Assembly (NCBI GenBank): GCA_963708295.1
Contig: CAVPSJ010000004.1
Span: 64,001 to 128,000, forward strand
Direction of reading: 5' to 3'
Origin: an uncultured delta proteobacterium
Lineage (GTDB): Bacteria > Desulfobacterota > BSN033 > UBA1163
Length of the DNA: 64,000 nt
Shown here in pieces: positions 18,254 to 28,214 of the stretch. The translations under genes were made by a program, and so were the position numbers. Below the pieces are notes generated by a model. The model was not told the origin of the DNA and searched no databases. It was given only the letters and a program-made list of their open reading frames with translations. The first letter of the stretch is position 1. Every line of letters begins with the position of its first letter.

Positions 18254-20413
18254 ATGAAAAAATTGTTATTCCTGTTGATGTTGTCATGCTTGATCATAGC
18301 CTTTGATCAGGCGAATGCAGCATCTGCCAAGATCCTTGGTAAAGTGCTGGACGTAAACGGCAAGGGTGTCGCGGGGGTCAAAGTTGCCGTTGAGGGGCAG
18401 AAGATCACTGCCACCACGTCCAAAGACGGCTCCTTCAGACTCGAAGGGGTGGCCCCCGGCAACGTGTACTTGTACGCAACCGCGCCTTCCAAAGCATATT
18501 TGGACGGTGAGACCCTAAAGTCCATCTCCGTAAAGGGCGGCGCAACAGTCTCCGGTGTGACGATAACCCTCTCGGGCCGTCCCAGCGCAGCCGCCACCTA
18601 TGTAGGAATGAAGAGCGTGCTCCGGGTGTCACGACGCCAAGATTGTTCAAGTCACTTGACGGCACCCCGCACGCATCTGTTCACTCGCGCTTCGTGACCG
18701 AGGGGACGAGCCACATGGTCTACAAGAACATGTGGCCGGAGCCTAACGGCAAATACCTGCCCAGGGATCCCCAAGGGCAAACTGCTCAAGGTACAGGACC
18801 CCCTGGACGGCAAAGGCCTGGTCCATGTGGCATTGTGCACGAAAGGCGACGAACCCAATCGCCAGTATCTCTTCAAGTTCTATCCCGAGCAGAAAGAAGG
18901 TGTCTCTCTGACCGAGGCCGATCTGGATTGTTCGGATAAGCCCGCTGACGCCGTCTGGATTCCGGTTGCCGCCACGATCGGTGGCGAGGGCAACTGGGGT
19001 GAAGGGTACACCGACCCCAATCACAAAACCCCTGACCGCCACCCCAACTTCGGCGAGGGGAAGCAGCGCTACATGTGCAAACTCCAGGACGTGCCGTTTA
19101 TCGCGAAATGGATGAAAGATAACAATGTATCGCGGGAAGGGCAAAAACAGGATTATATCTGTTTCCTTCCGGTTTACATCATGCAGGACGGCACCCCCAG
19201 GGATTCGAAGGTGCTGGCAAAAGGTGAGGTTGGCGCTCCCGATGTTCTGGCAGAAATCCCCGAAAAATTGGGCGGAGCCCGATAATACGCTCTCCAGAAA
19301 TTGCGCCGGGTGCCACGCCACCGGCGTTACGATCAAAACAAAGGACTTTCCGGGCTACAAATCTGTCGTCACCGACTGGGATTACAAAGACCTGAATATC
19401 ACCTGTGAGCGTTGCCACGGACCGGGTTCGGAGCACGCGAAGACGTCGGATAAGACGCAGATCATCACACCCAAGTATCTGACCGCAAAGGCCGGCAATG
19501 AGCTCTGCGGGCAGTGCCATGGGTACCACGACGGAAAGAGCCAGAATCCGATGGGGATATTCAAGCCCCCCTATGACGGGAACTACAAGGACACCCTTGG
19601 CCATGGGTTCTTCGTCCCGGGCGTGTACGATCTCGAGACGTTTTATTTCAACTATGACAAGCCCACACCCGCATCTCGAGACCGACTGGAAGGAGGGAGC
19701 GTTCCACACCTGGCCCGACCAGACCCATGGTCGTTCGCACTCCATGGAGCTTTGCTGAGTTGCGCCGGTCCGCCCACTGGAGCAATAAGCTCCGAAAAGC
19801 TCACCTGCTATACATGCCACGATGCCCACACCCTGGATGCGGGGCCGGCCTCGCTTAAAGTCGGCGGCTACGATTTCGTGAACGCGGCCTATGGGAACAA
19901 CACCCTGTGCCTGGCCTGCCATGCCACCCGCGGTGCAGTTCAAGGACGTGTCCAAGGCCGATGTGGCGGTGCTCCAGCTCGACGCGGGCCGCAAGGTGAC
20001 GAAGGACGGAGCCGCCGTCTCGGTGAAAGCCACTGACGCCGTCTTGGCCCGCAACCGGGTCGCCCGGGCCGTCGCCAAGCACATGCAGGTAAAAGCCGGG
20101 ATGGGCGGGGCTCTCTATACGCCCGACGATCCGAACATGCCGGTGGGCAACTGCGCATCGTGCCACATGGCGAAGATCGGTAAGCTGCAGGACGTCAACG
20201 TTGATGCTCAGTACCACCTGGATTTCGACAAGAATGGGAAGAGCGCCGTGGCTGAGGGCAACGTAGCGTCCCACGTCTTCGACATCGTCTGGCCCGGTCA
20301 GAGCGCGATCCTCAAGAACCCCGACCCGTCAAAAGGTCAAGGACTACGACATCATGCCGAACTCGTGCAGCAAGTGTCATGCCTTCGCCAGGATCAGCGG
20401 CGATAAGGATTAA
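18254..20413 (+). CDS. Exported multiheme cytochrome c (8 CxxCH) with N-terminal carboxypeptidase-regulatory-like domain; several frameshifts
   Basis: Signal peptide; CSGCH, CAGCH, CERCH, CGQCH, CYTCH, CLACH, CASCH, CSKCH across consecutive frames. Confidence 0.8.
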
Positions 20414-20456
20414 GATCTTTCTATAGATCTGCTGCCTTCGCAGAATCAATTGCAGC

Positions 20457-20491
20457 AAGTGGGGCCGGGAGAACCCCGGCCCCACTTTTTT
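20457..20491 (+). terminator. Rho-independent terminator
   Basis: AAGTGGGGCCGGG-AGAAC-CCCGGCCCCACTTTTTT. Confidence 0.85.
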
Positions 20492-20641
20492 CATGGTGCT
20501 ACAGGCATCGCAGAACAAAGAGAAGCATCTCCTTATTTGTTCGGCGAGCCCGTCTTTTGCCCCCAACTGGTGGAAGGAGTTTCCCAAGTCTTCTTTCCCC
20601 AAGAGTCTCTGGGGAAGAATCAAGAAACTGGAGATTGAGAC

Positions 20642-20941
20642 ATGAAGATCGAGTGCTTCTTTGCTGAGGGCTGTGGATCAAAGGATCAACTCAAGGAGAA
20701 TATCGGAAAAGCACTTTTTGAGGAAGGCAGGGCCGCTGAAATTTCTTTTCGAGTTCTTTCTCAAGAAGAGGCAGAGCAGCTAGGTATAGGTGGGTCCCCC
20801 ACGGTCTGGATCAACGGTCAGGATATAGAACCTGGAATTCTCCTCCGTGGCATTTCCTGAAGAACCTACCGAGACGAGGCCGGGCGCTTCGTCAATGTAC
20901 CATCGGTTGAAATGATCCGAAAAGCTTTGCGCCAGCAGTGA
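20642..20941 (+). CDS. DUF2703-like thioredoxin-fold selenoprotein (99 aa, ...GISURTY...)
   Basis: GSPTVWINGQD, then TGA 20858-20860 at the position of the family CRxY cysteine; frame stays open for RTYRDEAG...VPSVEMIRKAL; SECIS-like hairpin follows. Confidence 0.85.
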
Positions 20942-20984
20942 ACTAAGAGGGAGAAACCTGGCTGCCTGCTGGAGTTCTGGGTGC

Positions 20985-22064
20985 GTGGCTATGACTATGG
21001 TGTGGAGGCTTTTGGATTACAGTTTTGATGATCCTTTCATGAATCTTGCCATGGAAGAAAGTATTTTAAGAGGCAAAGTGGAGGGGGAGAGTCCAGACAC
21101 GCTCAGACTTTGGCAGCATCCCCGTGTGATCAGCATCGGCTGTTTTCTAAATCCGGAAGACGAAGTCAATGTAGGTGCGTGCAAGCAACTCGGCCTGAAA
21201 ATCATTAGAAGGTTATCGCCTGGCGGGGCCCTCTACATAGACGAGGGAAGCATTCAGTATAGCCTCACTTTTGACAGGCAGTCCCTCCTTCTCCCTGAAT
21301 GTATCGAAGATTCTTATAGTGTTTTAAGTAACGGGGTGATAGAAGCTTTGAATTCCATGGGGGTCAAAGCCCAGTTTCAGCCTATCAATGATTTGGTAGT
21401 GGGTAGGAAGAAGATATCGGGTGCCTCTCAAAGCAGAATGTACAATGGCATACTCCACCACGGCACAATTTCCGTCAATACTAAGCTCGACATTCTGGAA
21501 CAGGTTCTAAAACCCTCCGAGCTAAAATTGAAAGCGCAAGGATTCCCAAACCTTAAAGATGGGATCACCACGTTAAGCCGCGAAATTGGCAGAGATGTAC
21601 CAATGGAGGTCTTTAAGAGAAAACTTGTTGAAGGCTTTGAAAAGACATTGAACCTCGATTTCGAAGTGGCGGCCCCGAGCCCGTGGGAAATCAAAACGGC
21701 AAAGGAGCTTTACGAGGAAAAATACAAGAAGTTCGAATGGGTTTTTGCGGAGATGAAACCCCGTTTAGACGTTTTTTCGAGTTACAAGGCAGCCAAAGGC
21801 TTAATAAGTGTTTCACTCTCCTTTCGCGGCGATCGCATTGAGGATCTGAAAATTTCCGGAGGTTTTATCCTCCACCCTGAAAATGCCGTGCAGGAACTGG
21901 AACAAGGCTTGCGGGGGGAAGTTCTCAACGAAGAGACGTTGCGGGAAAGGATTCTGAGACTTTTTGCGGTGAAGGGAATTCAGCCCGTGGGGGTCTCGGC
22001 GGAAGACTTCGCCAGGGCAATCATGTTGGCCTACTTAGATTCACGTCCTCCGTTTGTGCAATGA
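20985..22064 (+). CDS. lplA: Lipoate-protein ligase A family
   Basis: MNLAMEE, RRLSPGGALYID, PINDL...KKISGASQ, LHHGT; C-terminal LplA domain. Confidence 0.88.
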   Translation: MAMTMVWRLLDYSFDDPFMNLAMEESILRGKVEGESPDTLRLWQHPRVISIGCFLNPEDEVNVGACKQLGLKIIRRLSPGGALYIDEGSIQYSLTFDRQSLLLPECIEDSYSVLSNGVIEALNSMGVKAQFQPINDLVVGRKKISGASQSRMYNGILHHGTISVNTKLDILEQVLKPSELKLKAQGFPNLKDGITTLSREIGRDVPMEVFKRKLVEGFEKTLNLDFEVAAPSPWEIKTAKELYEEKYKKFEWVFAEMKPRLDVFSSYKAAKGLISVSLSFRGDRIEDLKISGGFILHPENAVQELEQGLRGEVLNEETLRERILRLFAVKGIQPVGVSAEDFARAIMLAYLDSRPPFVQ

Positions 22065-22131
22065 CCCCAGAATATCCGGGAACTTGTCTGGGTGATGGAT
22101 CGCCTCCCCGAGATCATTTTCTAAAGGAGCT

Positions 22132-23139
22132 TCAAGAGCAAACTTCACCTCCCCATTGATGACCACAGCGGGCAAGATGTTGGCCTTTGAAAGGTGAATG
22201 ATCACCGGAGGCATTGACTCTATGGGATGCTGCTGACCCCCCTAGACCTCTCCTCCAGACGACAACCTTCACCTCATCCATGAGACTGGAAACAGCTTTA
22301 TCGACCATCTCAATCAGTTGACGACATTTTGATGTAGGCGGATTCGCCACATAGAGCGCAACCAGCGTCTCTCCGGTAAGGGCCAAAAATGGAGCTTTCC
22401 CGTCAACGTGCCATTTATCCGTGCCGTATTTAGTTTCGTAAAGCTTCGCAGCCAATTTTTGTTCAGCATCTGTTAGACCTTTCCTTTCGAAAGTCGCCTC
22501 CAATTTGTTTTCAAGTCCTTTTACAACAATGTCAGTAACCTCGTCAGGCAGGATGTTTTTATTGAGCTCGGCGCTGAGTGAAGTAAGGTCTCTCTTAAAT
22601 GCTGATTTTAGGATTTCCATCTGAGTACTTACATAAACTGTTCCTTGAAGAAGCAGCACATCGGAAAGCCAGGCGGGCTGGGCAGTGGCTATTTCCTTAC
22701 CTGCGGTGGTATAGATTCTATCGGTCTCCGCGTTTACTTCAACCCCGAGCCTTCTGATCCCTGCAGCAAAACCGTCAAGTAGTAATTCATATTCCGATAA
22801 GAGCGGACGATATTCCCCTTCAATCCGTGGCTCCAACAGCCTCGTATCTACCGCAATGGAGAAATTTATATTTCCGGCATCACAGAAGAAGCTACTACCG
22901 GCTACCGTCTTCGTCCTCAACAATTCAACGGTCTGCTCTCTCGCGGATTGCGCAAAAACTTCATGTTTGGACCCTGAATAAAACAGGATGATAGGATCCG
23001 CCGTGTGCCACAGGTACAATGTGTTTGGAGAAAGACCTGCCCTTTTGCATCTAAAAATAGCTTCACTGACCGCCAGGTTCATCTTGGGATCTGGGGTATT
23101 AAAATCCAGGAGCCTCCAACTCTCTTCATACTTCACCAT
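22132..23139 (-). CDS. Divergent lipoate-ligase-like protein with C-terminal thioredoxin-like extension (frameshift near the end)
   Basis: WRLLD...MNLAVSEA...PNTLYLW start is homologous to the neighbouring lplA; RRxxGGG and KISG motifs degenerate. Confidence 0.65.
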   Translation of the reverse strand: MVKYEESWRLLDFNTPDPKMNLAVSEAIFRCKRAGLSPNTLYLWHTADPIILFYSGSKHEVFAQSAREQTVELLRTKTVAGSSFFCDAGNINFSIAVDTRLLEPRIEGEYRPLLSEYELLLDGFAAGIRRLGVEVNAETDRIYTTAGKEIATAQPAWLSDVLLLQGTVYVSTQMEILKSAFKRDLTSLSAELNKNILPDEVTDIVVKGLENKLEATFERKGLTDAEQKLAAKLYETKYGTDKWHVDGKAPFLALTGETLVALYVANPPTSKCRQLIEMVDKAVSSLMDEVKVVVWRRGLGGSAASHRVNASGDHSPFKGQHLARCGHQWGGEVCS

Positions 23140-23827
23140 AGTATGGGCACCTCGCCTTTAGACATTCGGTGTTCGATTTACTGAAAATGCACGGCTTTAG
23201 GTTCGTGGAAGTCTGGATAGGAATTGAAAGTTCACGCGCAAAGAATTCCACTGCCACTCTGATGGCCAGATAAGTCGCCATCTTGCAGCATCGGGGACCT
23301 CCAATCCGAGCCATTTCGTCAAGTATTCTGGAAGCAACCCGCAATGCCAGTGACCTTTCTTTATCCGAAAGATAAGTAGCTCCGGTAATGATGCTGAATA
23401 CCGCCCCGGCTGCGATTGCACAGCCGCAGACACCCCATGATCCACAGATTCCATGAGAAGCCCTTTTCACTCTTTGGTTTGCCTTATGAAACTCAGGTTT
23501 CCCAACATGGACTTCACCCGAATTCCTTAAGGCGGTCAAAAGGGAATACGCTGTCACAAAGTGATTTTCTGATCCATGGATCGGAATGGCAGGATGCTTC
23601 ATTAACAGGAGGGCAATCCGCATGGGATCTGTCTCATTGCTGGCTTCGCAAGTCTTCCAGACAAGGTCCTGGGCTGAGGCCAATCTGCACACCTCACAGA
23701 CATAATGCCCGTCAGGACAGACGTAATCCGCCTTTTCCCTCTTACCGCAATAGGAGCATGCGGCTTCTCCCACCACGGTAGATAGGCGGTTTCCACAGAC
23801 GATACAGAAATATGTCTCCTCATCCAT
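23126..23827 (-). CDS. DUF5714 Cys-rich protein
   Basis: CIVCG, CSYCG, CPDGHYVCEVC, HGSENH, CGSWGVCG, GPRCCK, CPYY. Confidence 0.8.
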   Translation of the reverse strand: MDEETYFCIVCGNRLSTVVGEAACSYCGKREKADYVCPDGHYVCEVCRLASAQDLVWKTCEASNETDPMRIALLLMKHPAIPIHGSENHFVTAYSLLTALRNSGEVHVGKPEFHKANQRVKRASHGICGSWGVCGCAIAAGAVFSIITGATYLSDKERSLALRVASRILDEMARIGGPRCCKMATYLAIRVAVEFFARELSIPIQTSTNLKPCIFSKSNTECLKARCPYYGEV

Positions 23828-24094
23828 AAGACCTAATTCAGGGAACCTCTGTTACAGCTAACTGGTGCACCCGCTCCGAAGACCTGATCTCTTTTTGAAG
23901 CCTCCCGCTTATCATTGTGGTGATTAGCAGTATCTGCAGTATCTTATGTTACCGCACACCTTGTCAAGATTCCATTCAATCCCGGCAACGAACTTTTGAG
24001 AAGAATCAGCTAAAATGGTTGGAACTATTAAAAGAGAGACGTACTTATCTCATGCTCTTGTTCAGAGTATTTTGAATATGCAGGGGTGAAATGC

Positions 24095-24366
24095 TGTCTG
24101 AATTGAGACAGGCTATCTGAATTCAGACAGATTTGAATTTTCTTAATCAATTCAATATATTATTCGGTTGATAACCCCACCATTGCTTTATTTCAGACGT
24201 TTTTCCAATTTTCTTTCAAATCAGATGATTCACTGACAAAAGATCTAAGGAGAGAACTCTTCCCATCACAACCTTTAACTATTTGATTTTAATAGTAACT
24301 TTAAAGAGAGACTATTAGCCTTGCTGAATCGTTCCTTTAAACACCCTCGTTGGCATTTTCTTTGCT
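24095..24366 (+). promoter_or_regulatory. Sigma-54 promoter with tandem enhancer sites and an IHF-like site
   Basis: TGGCAT-N5-TTGCT at 24351-24366; near-palindromes TGTCTGAATTGAGACA (24095) and TATCTGAATTCAGACA (24114); WATCAAN4TTR match on minus strand 24276-24288. Confidence 0.75.
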
Positions 24367-24407
24367 CTATAGAGGAGGATTTATAGTAATTCCTGGTAGG
24401 GGCGTAG

Positions 24408-24608
24408 ATGGGAAACGCCGGGGAAGACAAAAGACCATGCTGGGTTATTCTAGACTGTTCGAAATATGTCTACTCCAATTGCCCGGCTTATCAGAACCAG
24501 GATAAGCCTTGTTGGGAGGTTGCCGGGACCCAATGCCGGCAGATGCTCAATTTAGAATGGGGATGTCGGGATTGCAGGGTCTTCAAGATTTGCGGTCATG
24601 GTGACTAA
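24408..24608 (+). CDS. Small Cys-rich two-CW-type protein
   Basis: PCW...C...CPAY...PCWEVAGTQC...CRDCRVF. Confidence 0.7.
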   Translation: MGNAGEDKRPCWVILDCSKYVYSNCPAYQNQDKPCWEVAGTQCRQMLNLEWGCRDCRVFKICGHGD

Positions 24609-24711
24609 CAAAGGCAGGAGTTTGTCATGCTCTTGCGGTCAATTGCGGGAGTATTCGCGGGGGAAGCCCATAGGAATTCCTTGACATGCATAAAGAACGG
24701 AGGGTAACAGG

Positions 24712-24999
24712 ATGAGGAAGTTAGCAGTAGTGGTGATTGCAGTAGCGTTGGCGCTCGGAACGGCGGTCATGGCGCAGGAACTCATGAAGGTGACGGGTCT
24801 GGTCATCAAAATCGATACGGCAGCCGTAAGCGTAACCATTCTGCCCCAGGTGGGGGATGCGGTCACGGTTATCATGAAGGATCCCGAGTCGCTCTCCAAG
24901 GTTAAATTAGGCGAGATAGCGGAGGCGCGATATAGGGTGATGGACGGCAAGAACATGGGGAGAAGGCTCCGCATGATCAGCGAAGGCTGTTCCTCCTAA
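24712..24999 (+). CDS. Exported small hypothetical protein (OB-fold-like)
   Basis: Signal peptide, RBS, beta-rich sequence. Confidence 0.65.
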   Translation: MRKLAVVVIAVALALGTAVMAQELMKVTGLVIKIDTAAVSVTILPQVGDAVTVIMKDPESLSKVKLGEIAEARYRVMDGKNMGRRLRMISEGCSS

Positions 25000-25123
25000 G
25001 GGGTAAAGCGGCCATTTGTAAGAAACCCACGTTGCCGGGCAAGGCCGCCGGCTGCGAAACCGTCCAGACAACGGAAAAGCTGGATAAAGTCCATTAACGC
25101 AAAAAACCAAGAAAGGAGGCAGT

Positions 25124-25826
25124 ATGAAACACTTTTTATCTTTGATTTTAGCTCTATCGCTTTTTTTAGTAACGGGGGTCTGCAGCGCCCAGGTTGTCAG
25201 CGGTCCATCGATCGCACTTCCCCCGGCAGAGGTCATTTTGAATGCCTGTAAAGAAATGGGTGTTGAAGCGGTCGGGGGAGAATATGTTATCTCAAAGATG
25301 CCCGACCTGATCAACAAAACCGGCAAGGTATTTGTCATCGATGCAAGACCCGCAAGGAACTACGATGATGGTTTCATTCCCACAGCATTCAACATGTTTG
25401 ACGCAAAATTCAAGCTCATCTACCCGGAGTTTGAAAAATTAAATCTTCCTAAAGATACGGAGATTTTTATCGGAATAGGAAGACCTTGCCCCATGAGCCT
25501 CAGCGATATCAAACAGCTCAAAGAAAAAGGGTATACCAATCTGAAAGCATTTGTCAAAGGCCCGCTATTCTTTGAAAAATATTTTTCCGAAGTGACGGCC
25601 AAAGGAGCAAAAAAACATGTTTCAAACGGTGCGGTGGTCGTTAACCTTGCGTGATGACGCTGACTTATCCAAATTCTTTTCTACAAATACCGAAAAGGAT
25701 AAACTCATCATCCTCGTGGGCTCTGCCGATAATGCAAAAATCAATTATGCTTCGGCTGGAAAAGTTTATAATGCCGGTTACAAAAAAACGGCCGTATTAA
25801 ATGGCCGCATTGAAGATATTAAATAA
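25124..25826 (+). CDS. Exported rhodanese-domain protein (frameshift near 25650)
   Basis: VIDARPARNYDDGFIPTA; continues in ORF 25617-25826. Confidence 0.75.
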
Positions 25827-25839
25827 GGGAGGGATACCA

Positions 25840-26310
25840 ATGAAAAAACTATCGGTCTTGCTAACAATATCGGTACTGTTTGCTTTTGGGTATGTTCATT
25901 GGGAAGTTGTCCCCGTAAGAGCCGAAGAAAAGGCGGTGGCAAATAAAGTTGACACCATCAAGGCAGGTAAGGAAGAGGGGACGATCGATAAAGAATTTTT
26001 CAAAAAAATAGTCGCCGAAAAACCTGCAAACGTATCCATCGTAGATGTGAGGACTCCATTTGAGTATCAAGCAGGTCACTTTGATGGCGCTATACATATA
26101 CTCATCAACGACCTCTTTAACAAAGGTTGCGATTCCACCCTGGCTCGGCTTCCAAAAGAAGGGTATGTGGTGTTTGTTTGTGCCAGTGGCGCAAGGGCTG
26201 CGGAAATGTATTTTGGGATTCTGGATGATTGCAAATACAAGGATAGCAAGAGGCTGTTTTTCCTGGATGCCAATGTTGCATACACACCCAAGGGTCCGGT
26301 AGTCCAATAA
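25840..26310 (+). CDS. Exported rhodanese-domain protein
   Basis: IVDVRTPFEYQAGHFDGA, VCASGARA. Confidence 0.88.
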   Translation: MKKLSVLLTISVLFAFGYVHWEVVPVRAEEKAVANKVDTIKAGKEEGTIDKEFFKKIVAEKPANVSIVDVRTPFEYQAGHFDGAIHILINDLFNKGCDSTLARLPKEGYVVFVCASGARAAEMYFGILDDCKYKDSKRLFFLDANVAYTPKGPVVQ

Positions 26311-26318
26311 ATTCATCG

Positions 26319-26360
26319 CCCCCCAAAGGAAGGCATTCAATGCCTTCCTTTGGGGGAAAA
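26319..26360. terminator. Stem-loop terminator
   Basis: CCCCCAAAGGAAGGCATT-C-AATGCCTTCCTTTGGGGG perfect hairpin. Confidence 0.75.
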
Positions 26361-26522
26361 GTGCATTTTCACCCAAAAATCAACAACGACCGGTAAAGGA
26401 TTCCCACAGGATCGGTCGTGGTTTGGCTGTTGCCCTCCCTACTCACTGCCATTTCATCCCTTCAGTCTCTCGACAAAAATAACCTTTGAAGTTAATATGT
26501 TAATAAATTAGGAAGGCTCAAA

Positions 26523-28079
26523 GTGAAGAAATTTCTCATCTCTTTCCTTCTCCTTATTCTTCTCTCTCTCCCCATTGATACTGCCGCACAGAGTCCCTCT
26601 TCCATCCAGATCTATTTTTTCTACTCCGAGGATTGCCAACCCTGTCAGGTGATTCTTCAGAGTTACCTTCCAACGCTGAAGACGATGGTCCCCAACCTTG
26701 AAGTCAAGACCTTCGATGTCGGAAACCCCGCCTATTATGGAGCGCTTGCCAAACTGGAGAAGAAATTTGGACGGTCAGGAAGTGAGCTCCCCGTGGTCTT
26801 TGCCGGAGATCAAATGCTCTCCGGAGAGATGGAGGTCATGGAGAAGTTAAATCCCCTCCTTCTGGAGGTTCAGGCAAAAGGCGGCTCCTCCCCTCCCCCT
26901 ATTGAAATTCCATCTCTGTCCAAACCTTCTTCGAAAACCTTTACAATGGAGGTCACCTATTTTTATCAGAAGGGATGCCCAAAATGCGATCGAGCAAACG
27001 CCCTTCTCAAATACTTGGTCAAGAAATATCCTCAATTGACCATCAAAGAGATTGACCTCAATACCCCGGATGGGAAGCGTTTAAATGAAACCCTCTCTAA
27101 CCGGCTCAATCTCTCCATGGAAAAACGTTTGATCGCTCCGACCATCTTTATCGGCAGCGATTATCTCCTTTCAGGTGAAATCACAGAATCTAACGTGGAA
27201 GCGTTGATCCAGAAATATGGAGAAAAAAGGCCGGGTGTCAGTGAAATTAAACCTACGTTAACAACACCGACGCCCACCCCATCGCCAACGCCAGAAGAAT
27301 CCAAAAAAGCCGAGGAGTCGATTATCGAACGCTTTAAATCCTTTGGGGTCCTGGCTATTCTCCTGGCAGGCTTGATGGAAGGGATGAATCCATGTGCTTT
27401 AGCCACCCTGGTCTTTTTCATTTCCTATCTCACCATGGTTGGCCGAAAACGACAAGAGATCTTCTGGGGTGGGCTGGCTTTTTCAGGAACGGCCTTCATC
27501 ACCCATTTATTGATCGGCATTGGGATTCTAAGTTTCATCCAGCATCTCTCATTCTTACCCCTGTTCTCACAAATCGTTTACTTAATCACTTTCGTGTTCG
27601 CCCTCCTTCTTGGACTCCTCAGCCTTTACGATTACATCCAACTCAAGAAGGGACGACCCTCCAAGATGAAACTTCAGGTTCCGAATTTTATGAAAAAGAG
27701 GATCCATCAGATCATTCGAGTGAGAAGTGATGTGTTGGAGGCGAACAAGGAAAGCCCATCTATCCGTTTCTTGCTTGCTGCTGTTGTGATCGGTTTCATT
27801 GTCACCCTGTTTCAATCCACGTGTACGAGTCAGGTCTATCTCCCCACGATTCTCTTCGTTGCGAATATCCCGTCACTCAGGAGCAGTGCTGTCTTGTACC
27901 TTATTTTTTATAATTTTGTTTATGTCCTTCCGTTGCTGGTCATCTTCGGGATCGTCTACTGGGGAGTTACTTCGGAACAGCTTTCCTTTTTCCTCCAGAA
28001 GAGGGCATCCACGATCAAGCTCCTCACCTCCATTTTCTTTTTTGTCTTGGCCGGGATATTGATTTTGAGCCTGATATAA
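26523..28079 (+). CDS. Two thioredoxin/glutaredoxin domains fused to a CcdA-like membrane domain
   Basis: CQPC, CPKC, GMNPCA, CTSQVYLP. Confidence 0.82.
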   Translation: MKKFLISFLLLILLSLPIDTAAQSPSSIQIYFFYSEDCQPCQVILQSYLPTLKTMVPNLEVKTFDVGNPAYYGALAKLEKKFGRSGSELPVVFAGDQMLSGEMEVMEKLNPLLLEVQAKGGSSPPPIEIPSLSKPSSKTFTMEVTYFYQKGCPKCDRANALLKYLVKKYPQLTIKEIDLNTPDGKRLNETLSNRLNLSMEKRLIAPTIFIGSDYLLSGEITESNVEALIQKYGEKRPGVSEIKPTLTTPTPTPSPTPEESKKAEESIIERFKSFGVLAILLAGLMEGMNPCALATLVFFISYLTMVGRKRQEIFWGGLAFSGTAFITHLLIGIGILSFIQHLSFLPLFSQIVYLITFVFALLLGLLSLYDYIQLKKGRPSKMKLQVPNFMKKRIHQIIRVRSDVLEANKESPSIRFLLAAVVIGFIVTLFQSTCTSQVYLPTILFVANIPSLRSSAVLYLIFYNFVYVLPLLVIFGIVYWGVTSEQLSFFLQKRASTIKLLTSIFFFVLAGILILSLI

Positions 28080-28214
28080 GTCATAAAGATGTTACTCGGT
28101 TCTTATAGAATTCCCGTGTCGTTCCTCGCCCGGGCGATTCAGAGATCTTCGGGTGTTCCCTGAAATACCGGTTCGAAACAGACCGTCCCAAAATGATGAA
28201 AGGAGTGGGCCTAA

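Noticed and set aside
25650-25657. Tandem UGA codons in the rhodanese gene as Sec
   Set aside because: Not at a Cys position, no SECIS-like hairpin seen, and coding continues in a shifted frame
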